From NCBI RefSeq assembly GCF_001194135.2, contig NC_068982.1, forward strand, positions 99,792,950 to 99,856,949: DNA of 64,000 bases. Reading direction: 5' to 3'. Every line of letters starts with the position of its first letter. The stretch's first letter is position 1. Positions 55,307 to 64,000 of this stretch are shown in pieces. This DNA comes from Octopus bimaculoides. Taxonomy: Eukaryota. Under the pieces are notes generated by a model. The model worked only from the letters and a program-made list of their open reading frames with translations. It did no database searches and had not been told where the DNA came from. A program made the position numbers and the translations under genes.

Positions 55307-55527
55307 CCCTTTTGATACTAACCTGCCCCAAGACCACCCCTGGGTCTATGGTACAAACTCCATTTTAAAATGATCTAAATTAAAAACTTCAATCAAAATT
55401 TCCTGTTAATTTCTATTCCAAACACCAGCTTAAAAATGACTAAGCTATTTTACTAAATTCTTCACTATTTTCAAAATCAAATGAAATGAAGACAGTCTGT
55501 TTCAACAGAAGTATGGTAATGAATGGG
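55307..55527. mobile_element. piggyBac-type MITE (family 2)
   Basis: TTAA|CCCTTTTGATAC ... GTAATGAATGGG|TTAA; interior unrelated to the 53550 element. Confidence 0.68.
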
Positions 55528-56352
55528 TTAATGTTCATCTTGATTTCTTATCAATAAATGGCTGAAGGGAAAACATGACCAAGGCGATCTATATGATTAA
55601 AGTTCTGGAGAATGATTGAGAAAGCCTCTTCTATGCAGTTTAGCAGGATAAGAAACAACATGGATGAAAGAGTTTTACTGTATTCAGTGGAGTCTGCATA
55701 CAATCAACAAATTTATTTTCTGCCAATTGCCAAAATAATGATCAGTCCTAATTATGGAATTCCAGACATCCATTTCATAAACTGAAGCCAAAAATGATAA
55801 AGATGAAAGAATGAGAGAGAATTTTTCATCATCTGAAATCAATATTTTAATAATGATTCTTTCAAAAATAGGTAAAAGCCTATTTTAATAAGATAATTAG
55901 AATTGGCCCCACAAATAAAATAGGTAATTATTTCAGTAACATAGGCAGATTTCAATTAAAGACTGTAAAGTGTGTAAGAGAACTTAACAGAACACTAGGA
56001 CTCCTGCAATCATAATTATCTTTCATTTTATTTTTTTTTTTCTGGCCAGGTGAAGAGAAGATTAATTGATTAAATCAACCTTAGTATATATCTTACTTGA
56101 TACTTTAGAGGTGATGCAAGGCAAACACGAATACAACAGCTAAGATGGACATGTTAAATACTGTAAGGGCTTCCCAGTCTTTTTCTATGAATGAAATTTT
56201 TACTTTGTTTTGTTTACCTAAGCTATCAGACACTTTATCCACCTTTTATTACTGGCACTTGTACATAATGACCAAATTAACCCAGTAGTATTTGAATACT
56301 GAAGTGTTATGTTTTGAATTAAACAGTAAAACATTATAAAAACTATAGTAGC

Positions 56353-56389
<37 letters not shown>

Positions 56390-56635
56390 CCAAACTACAT
56401 ACACTTACAACCTTCTCCCCCTTCTAGCACACACACACACACACACACATGCATGCGCGCACGCACAAACAAATAATCATCAGATAAAGAAGATATATAT
56501 ATGAATGTGTATATTTCTGGGAATGGTGCCAAAACTTGAGATTTATCATAAACATCTAATATGGAAATTTAAACACAAACACACAGCACAAAAAGATAAA
56601 AATCAAAAGACAATATAAAAAAAAAAAAATAATGG

Positions 56636-57660
56636 TTTCTAATTTCAGCACAAATCTAGCAAATGTGAGGAGAGAGAGTAAGTTGATTAAATCAAATCTC
56701 AGTATTGAACTAATATGTTATTTTATTGACCCCCAAAAGGATAAAAAAAAAAAAAAAAAATTGACCTTGGCATGATTTGAACCAAAAGAGCCAGAACAAA
56801 TACCAGAAGGTATTTTGTCCAACACTCTACAAACTGTCGATCTACCATCCTACAACAACAACCATTATTAATAATAGTTGTTCTTAACACAGGCACAAGG
56901 CAAGCAAATTTTGAGGGAAAGCATAAATTGACTACATTGACACATGTACTTTATTAATACTTAATCGTATCAACCCTGGAGAAATGAAAGGCAAAGTTGA
57001 TCTCGGTAAGATTTGAACTTCAAACATAAAGAGGACATAGCAGAAGGCATTTTGTCAAACACTCTACCAATTCACAGCCTAACAACAGCAGCAGCAACAA
57101 TGTTTTCTTTTATTCGCCACATGAAGGGGTCAATACATGAACAGGTTACAGAAAGTGAAAGGTAATATTAACACCCATCTCACCTGTGGCACTCATGCCC
57201 TACCAGTGGGGCATAGGTTACTTCAGAATGGGACATAAGTAACTGGTGCATAAAGCTAAAACTAAAATTCCAATTAGAACTTTTGTTTATATATATGTTT
57301 TATGTTTATTAATTTAATTTTTTTTTTGTTTTATTGAGGTTAAACAATTTTCTTGGTTGAAGGAGATAACTAAAAGTACTGATATTTCTCGTAAAACGGG
57401 GTAGATAATACAATCTTTTAATGGGGTTATATTCCAAGATCAAATCCTATCAAGGTTAGCTTTGCCTATCATCCCTCTGACATTGATAAAATAAAGTACT
57501 AGTCAAGTACAGGGATCAATGGTTTTGACCAAACCCCACTCCACAAAATTGCAGGCCTTGTGCCTAAATAATCGTTGATACCATTATTTCTTGCATACAA
57601 ACAAGGCCTGAGATTAAAGGGGACAAGAGCAGTCAAGAGTACAATAGATGGATTCATACC
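56636..57660. mobile_element. Cluster of four SINE family A copies (-, -, +, -)
   Basis: Copies at about 56636-56830 (-), 56890-57075 (-), 57440-57575 (+) and 57590-57660 (-). Confidence 0.65.
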
Positions 57661-57892
57661 CTGCAGATATAGATGATTGGTTGGTCCAATCAACTACATC
57701 TATATTCACATCAAATTAATGTGATAAAGTCAAAAGAAATAACTATAGCAGTAATAGTAATTGTGCTGAGAGATATCTCGGGTGATAAATATTGCAAATT
57801 AAGAATAGTTGTATTCTACAGGGAATGTGTATTCCACAAGAACTCAATTAATTATTTAAATTGGGAGTTACATGTATGCATATATGTGTATA

Positions 57893-57948
<56 letters not shown>

Positions 57949-58177
57949 NNNNNNNNNNNNNNNNNNNNNNNNNNNNNNNNNNNNNNNNNNNNNNNNNNNN
58001 NNNNNNNNNNNNNNNNNNNNNNNNNNNNNNNNNNNNNNNNNNNNNNNNNNNNNNNNNNNNNNNNNNNNNNNNNNNNNNNNNNNNNNNNNNNNNNNNNNNN
58101 NNNNNNNNNNNNNNNNNNNNNNNNNNNNNNNNNNNNNNNNNNNNNNNNNNNNNNNNNNNNNNNNNNNNNNNNNNNNN
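57949..58177. other. Assembly gap flanked by (AT)n/(CA)n
   Basis: Run of N. Confidence 0.99.
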
Positions 58178-58237
<60 letters not shown>

Positions 58238-58244
58238 GTAGAGA

Positions 58245-58500
58245 GACAGACATTGCTGTTATCCCCATAGTATTATTTTTATGTCTGGTCATGCTGAAGT
58301 ACCACCTTAACAGGTTTTTTAGTAGAAGAAATCGACCCCAGGACTTATTCTTTGTAAGTCTAGTACTTCTTCTATTGGTTTCTTTTGCTGAACCACTAAG
58401 CTACAGGAATGTAAACACACCCGCATCGGTTGTCAAGCAATGGTGGGGGAAAACTAAACACAGACACAAGACACACCCACATAAATACACACACACACAC
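58245..58500 (-). mobile_element. SINE family B, 3' half
   Basis: aatcgaccccaggacttattctttgtaag...gtaaacacacccgcatcggttgtcaagc matches 30255-30370. Confidence 0.8.
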
Positions 58501-58510
58501 ACACATATAT

Positions 58511-58751
58511 AAACAATTGCAGCGTGGAAGGTGTTTATAAGCCATTTAAGAACACAAAAAACATTAGATTCACTACAACATTTAAATTTAATTTGCTAAA
58601 ATATTTTCATCGCTTTGAGACCGTGAGACCTGTTCACTGACAAAATTCCATGCTGCATCTGAGATGCAGCACTGACACCTTCCACGCTGCAATTGTTTTT
58701 GTTTCAGCACATGATCTCAGATCAAGTCACTTGCTATGCAAGTACATCTCC

Positions 58752-58760
<9 letters not shown>
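58511..58760. mobile_element. Short element with perfect 24-bp inverted repeats, inserted in SINE B
   Basis: aaacaattgcagcgtggaaggtgt (58511-58534) is the exact reverse complement of 58675-58698; internal palindrome at 58651-58671. Confidence 0.7.
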
Positions 58761-58789
<29 letters not shown>

Positions 58790-58794
58790 TACAA

Positions 58795-58962
58795 CAAGCT
58801 TCTTTCAGTTTCCGTCTATCAAATCCACTCACAAGTCTTTGGTCATCCTGAGGTCTTGAGGCTATGGTAGAAGATACTTGCCCAAGGTGCCACACAGTGG
58901 GACTAAACCTGGAACAATGCAGTTGGGAAGCAAGCTTCTTACCACACAGCCACACCTGTGCC
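58795..58962 (-). mobile_element. SINE family B, 5' half
   Basis: Complement of the tRNA-like head and CORE-like segment. Confidence 0.82.
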
Positions 58963-59029
58963 ATAGTGAACTTCTTAACCACATAGCCATGACTGCAAAT
59001 AGTTACTCATATGCATACATCGTCACCAT

Positions 59030-59400
59030 TTAACATTTATTTTCCCATGCTTGCATGGGTTGGAAGGAGGCAAATTTTCCATGGTGAGATGCCCTCACCC
59101 GTTTTCAAGCAAAGTTATATTTCCTCAGGACCAGACATATTCTTACAGGATATTAGAACTGAATGGCAATACTTGTATGAGAGTAACACTCACTTACAAC
59201 AAGCATGCAATGTCAAGACAAGGAGACAAACACACGTACACTCACACACATATATGATGAACTTCTCTCAGTTTCAGTTTACTAAATCCACTCACAGGAC
59301 CTTTGGTCAGCCCAGAACTACAGTAGAAGATGCCCAAGGTGCCGCGCTGTGGGATTGAACCTATAACCATGTGGTTAGGAAGCAAACTTCTTACCACAAA
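59030..59400 (-). mobile_element. SINE family B head joined to an RTE-like tail
   Basis: Head complement at 59255-59400; tttaacatttattttcccatgcttgcatgggttgg at ~59030 matches the RTE-tail family. Confidence 0.6.
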
Positions 59401-60372
59401 TGCCCGCACCTATAATACATACATATATACACCCACACCTGCATCAATCATACATACATAGATATATGTATGTATGAACACACACACAAACAAAATAAAC
59501 AGATACATATGCATGTGTATACACACATGAATTATACAGGATGATTCAAAATCCCTTTAACATTAATATAAAATGGTTAAAAAGCAAATTGAGCTTCTTG
59601 ATGTACATCTCATCTACCTTTCCCTTTGTATTCCACACACCTCCTACCTCCAAACCACTGCTTTCATTAATCCTCCTTCAACCCCAGTCCCCACCATTGA
59701 TTGCCACAGTAGCTGGTCCACTACTTTACCATTCATACCACCAGCTTCCAGAGCTACCCTGAGCTGCTAAACTACATATGAGCAGACAACCGAACAGGAA
59801 TACTATTATACTGTGCCCTTTTTAGAATGTGCATTTGTTATGTCAAAAGGTATTTACAACAAAATAACAAAAGCAAAAGCTGTAAACTTCATGATTCCAA
59901 TTGTTACATTGGTCATACAAGTACAACATTCTCTTGTAGGTTCACTATGTATTTACAAAGAACGATATACCACACTACATAAAACAAAGCTAGACAGGAA
60001 AACATTAGTGGACAACACAATTTTACTCTATAGAATTAATCACAAAAATAGCAGATTAATGATGGAAACCTTAATCTTAACACAACACAGTGTGAAAATA
60101 AACAAACATGCGCACCACACAAACAAAAAAAACATGACTCATGACATATAAATCTAATGATTAAATTTCAAATTCCCATGTAAAATCTACACAAATAGCC
60201 TTTGCCTAGTTATAAAAGCAGTTACATATACCAAGATTTCACATCTTGAAGAATAGAGTGTGAAAGTCTGCAAATGATGAATTTTATTATTTCAAATGAA
60301 CTGCAAGTGAGTCATACAAATATTAGAAAAAGAAACTTAAAGGAAGATAAAGCTAGAACATGGTGTGTGTGA

Positions 60373-60416
<44 letters not shown>

Positions 60417-60693
60417 NNNNNNNNNNNNNNNNNNNNNNNNNNNNNNNNNNNNNNNNNNNNNNNNNNNNNNNNNNNNNNNNNNNNNNNNNNNNNNNNNNNN
60501 NNNNNNNNNNNNNNNNNNNNNNNNNNNNNNNNNNNNNNNNNNNNNNNNNNNNNNNNNNNNNNNNNNNNNNNNNNNNNNNNNNNNNNNNNNNNNNNNNNNN
60601 NNNNNNNNNNNNNNNNNNNNNNNNNNNNNNNNNNNNNNNNNNNNNNNNNNNNNNNNNNNNNNNNNNNNNNNNNNNNNNNNNNNNNNNNNNNNN
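60417..60693. other. Assembly gap flanked by (AT)n
   Basis: Run of N. Confidence 0.99.
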
Positions 60694-60734
60694 TATATAT
60701 ATATATACACACACACACACACATATACACATGT

Positions 60735-61045
60735 GGAGGCACAATGGCCCAGTGGTTAGGGCAGCAGACTCGCGGTTGGAGGATCGTGGTTTTGATTCCC
60801 AGACCGAGCGTTGTGTGTCTTTATTGAGCAAAAGCACCTAAAGCTCCACAAGGCTCTGAGAGGGGGTCGTGGCGACCCCTGTTGTACTCTTTTGCCCCAA
60901 CTTTCTCTCACTCTTTCTTCCTGTTTCTTGAGTAATGCTGCAATGGACTGGTGTCCCATCCAGCTGGGGGGAACACATACGCCATAGAAATTGGGAAACC
61001 GAGCCCATGAGCCTGGCTATGCTTGAAAAGGGCGAATTTCTACTT
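60735..61045 (+). mobile_element. tRNA-headed SINE, family distinct from A, B and C
   Basis: A box TGGCCCAGTGG, B-box-like GGTTTTGATTCC, and a central gcaatggactggtgtcccatccag motif like those shared by widespread metazoan SINE superfamilies. Confidence 0.75.
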
Positions 61046-62112
61046 TTTCTACACACACACATAGTATGTATACATATATGCATGTGTGCATGCGTGTGTG
61101 TGTGTGTGCGCAATACTTATGCCTCTTTTGAGATATAAATTTGTGTATACAAATATATATTGAGACAGAGAGTAGAGAGAGGTAATGATGCAGAAAAACA
61201 CAATTAGGCTTGTTACATATATACATATATATATGTGTGTATGTATATATGTATCTAGCCTAATTGTCTTTATCTGCATTACTACCTCCATATCAACTTG
61301 TCTTGGATTTCTCTTATAGCCATTCTTGATGCCATGGACCTACTCCTGGATGAAGAATTCAGAATTTAAGTTAATATTCATTTGAGCACTACTGCATGTT
61401 TTCTATACTGAGCATATCTAGCTCTTACTTATTCTCTCTCTCTCTCTCTCTGCACGCGTGTGCTTGTGCGTGCATGCATACACACACTGGCATATACATA
61501 TAGACGCACATAAATTCTTAACATACTTCAAGCAGAATCACTGTAACAATAAGTACAAGACATTCTAGAATGCAACTTAGCTTCAGATTAAACTATAATG
61601 AAGCAAAACCTTTTCACTGTCTTTTCTCCCCCAACATTGAACCAATTACTTGAATACGTGTTAGGAAGTATGCATCTCAATCTAGGACATCAAAGTAACT
61701 TTTCAGACAATCTGATACAATAGATTCTCTATCAAACAGAAATTCAAAGAGGTATGTAAGAAATTGATAAGGTGATTGCAAAGCTACATTAAATGGTGAT
61801 TTATCAACTTTACCCTTTCACTCTTTCAATGCAGTGAACTCACGAAGTAAAATATTTCACCCACTTTTATCCACAATTTCCAACACTTCTCAAAATTAAC
61901 TGTATGTTTGCCTTGATGACTCAATGTTGTTTGCAACAATGAGTCACCATGTGAAAGTATCAGTGCAGTAGTGAGCTTAAATAGATACAAAGCCAGGATG
62001 GAATCCTTGGAAGATGACTGGAAAGTAACATTTTAATCATAACTAAGCAAATGTGTTTCGGAAAAGTAGTCTATCAAATCTTGGACTGCAATTTGAAATT
62101 GTAGCTACTTTT

Positions 62113-62143
<31 letters not shown>

Positions 62144-62532
62144 CATCTCAAGATTCTTGGTGTAATCATAGACTGTTAGCTATTATGAGGAGAACTAATT
62201 TCCATCATATGTAACACAGCTGCACAGATGCTTGGAGAACTCAAACAGCGAAGCAATGATTTTATCATGTTAAAGATGTCCATCAAGCCTTGAACTCAAT
62301 TGAAAGCAACCTATGAGAAAGCAAACTGAGATTCTGAATGTAACCATAGACAGTGAGCTGATATGAGCTGAATATATCTTCATCATATATAACATAGCTG
62401 CAGAGAGGATTAGAGCTCGACACAAAATTGTATGAATGCTTACAAATAAATAGTCATACACACAAGCACACATTCACACTCACACATTCATATACACACA
62501 CACATTTAAAAGTATAAACAAATATATATATA

Positions 62533-63359
62533 CTAGGTGCGGTGAATAAATCATCATCTAAATTATGCAAAAATAAAAATAATACTGACATCTTATTTTA
62601 ACAGATATATTTACCAAAATTGCATAAAAATATCTTGAAATACTAAAGAGTCAATTTATTCAATAAAATCACCATTGGCTTCAACCACAACCCCCAGATG
62701 ACTTCAGAATCTCCTGCAACTCTTCTGGACGGTCTTCTTGTTGGCGAATACTGCCATAATCCTTGCTTTCAGTTCATCTTTGGTCTTACAAGGAGTTTTG
62801 TTGATCTCTCATTCAGCTGTGCCCCACACATAATAATCAAGGGGGTTGAAATCTGAAGAGCTAGGTGGCCAGATGGTAGGGGTGATGTGGTCACAGAAAT
62901 TGCCTAGGTTCTCTGCTTACGTGGCATGGTGCAGAGCCCTGTTACCAGACATAGGGTCATCCAGCAACCACCCTCTTGACCCAGAGCAGCACTACCTCCT
63001 CCAGGCACTTGATGTAGGCCTCTGTGTTAAGTCTGAGGTTGCATGGGAAGATGAGTGAAGGCATAACATCGCCATCACTAGTGATCACTCCAAACACCAT
63101 GATGTTGACTAGATGTTTGATTTTTATCATTCTTGGTACATGTCCTCAGATTGACACCCAATCTGAAATGTTCGTATTGGAGCTTTCGGCACAAATGCAT
63201 GTCGTTTCCAAATTTCTGGCAGAGTGAATTGCATCCTGGTGCTGTTTTTCTCACAGGTGGTGCACAACTGACCCAACTATACTGTGTAGTCGTCAAAATC
63301 AGAAAAATACACGTGTGGTCTTAAGTATAAAATGGTGACAATTTACCCATCACACCCTG
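62533..63359 (-). mobile_element. Internally deleted DD37D (maT) element
   Basis: Reverse complement of the 19812 family; TA at both ends (ta|ctaggtgcggtgaat ... cccatcacaccctg|ta). Confidence 0.92.
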
Positions 63360-63582
63360 TATGTAAAAACATATATAAATATATATATATACATATATAT
63401 AAACATACACACATATTCAGAGACAAATACACACATACATTCATACCCACACCCATATGCACACACATCAACATGGTATGTATATTCATACAGGGGTTAT
63501 GATGTCATTGCAGTCAAATGTGATTTGTAATATTGTAAGAAACTGATATAAACTAAATGATGAGAAATCCAATATACATATA

Positions 63583-64000
63583 CAGGGTGCAATGGGTAAA
63601 TTGTCACCATTTTATATCTTTAATTTTTCACATGTGCATTGTTCATTTTTTATTTTGTCAACTACACAGTATAGTAGGGTCAGTTGGGCACCATCTGTGA
63701 GAATAACAGCACCATGATGTAATTCACTCTGCCAGAAATTTGGAAATGACATGCTGTACTGCTTGGCATTCACACTAGAAGCTCCAATACAAATATTTCA
63801 GAGTGTTTGGGTGTCAGTCTAAGGACATGTACCAAGGATGATAAAAATCAAACATCCAGCCAACATGATGGTGTTTGCAGTGATCACTAGTGATGGTGAC
63901 ATTATGCCTCCATTCATCTTTCCACACAACCTCAAACTCAACACAGAGGCCTACATCAAGTGCCTGGAGGAAGTAGTGCTGCCCTGGGTCAAGAGGATGG
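63583..64000 (+). mobile_element. Internally deleted DD37D (maT) element, runs off the window
   Basis: TA|CAGGGTGCAATGGGTAAATTGTC; same body as the other two copies. Confidence 0.9.

Noticed and set aside
59730-59766. 37-nt exon candidate QLRVALEAGGMN(G), phase 0-1
   Set aside because: The phase would fit both downstream acceptors, but the polypyrimidine tract is poor and the GC-rich surroundings could be a decayed repeat. Not supportable without RNA data.

Overview
AT-rich, microsatellite-dense eukaryotic DNA. The SINE and MITE families resemble ones I recall from Octopus genomes; this is recollection, not a search. The window has six assembly gaps, most of them flanked by (AT)n. There is no CRISPR array, rRNA or intact tRNA, and almost every ORF in the supplied track is a microsatellite or N-gap artefact. 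The window appears to lie inside one large minus-strand gene. Three exons with canonical splice sites (44513-44974, 16677-16732, 1176-1253) join in frame into a Ser/Pro/Thr-rich, probably disordered peptide that I cannot name. A possible alternative last exon lies at 53416-53471. The introns hold several tRNA-headed SINE families, three deleted DD37D (maT) Tc1/mariner copies, mariner, hAT and piggyBac-type MITEs, and decayed Penelope, RTE and other LINE relics. The most unusual object is a 448-bp fold-back insertion at 10196-10643. It has a 9-bp target-site duplication, a tRNA-like Pol III head in the middle, and a Penelope-type hammerhead-ribozyme-like core in each inverted arm. It is a candidate ribozyme-bearing, Penelope-mobilised SINE. 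Both cores lack bases at the cleavage site in this copy.
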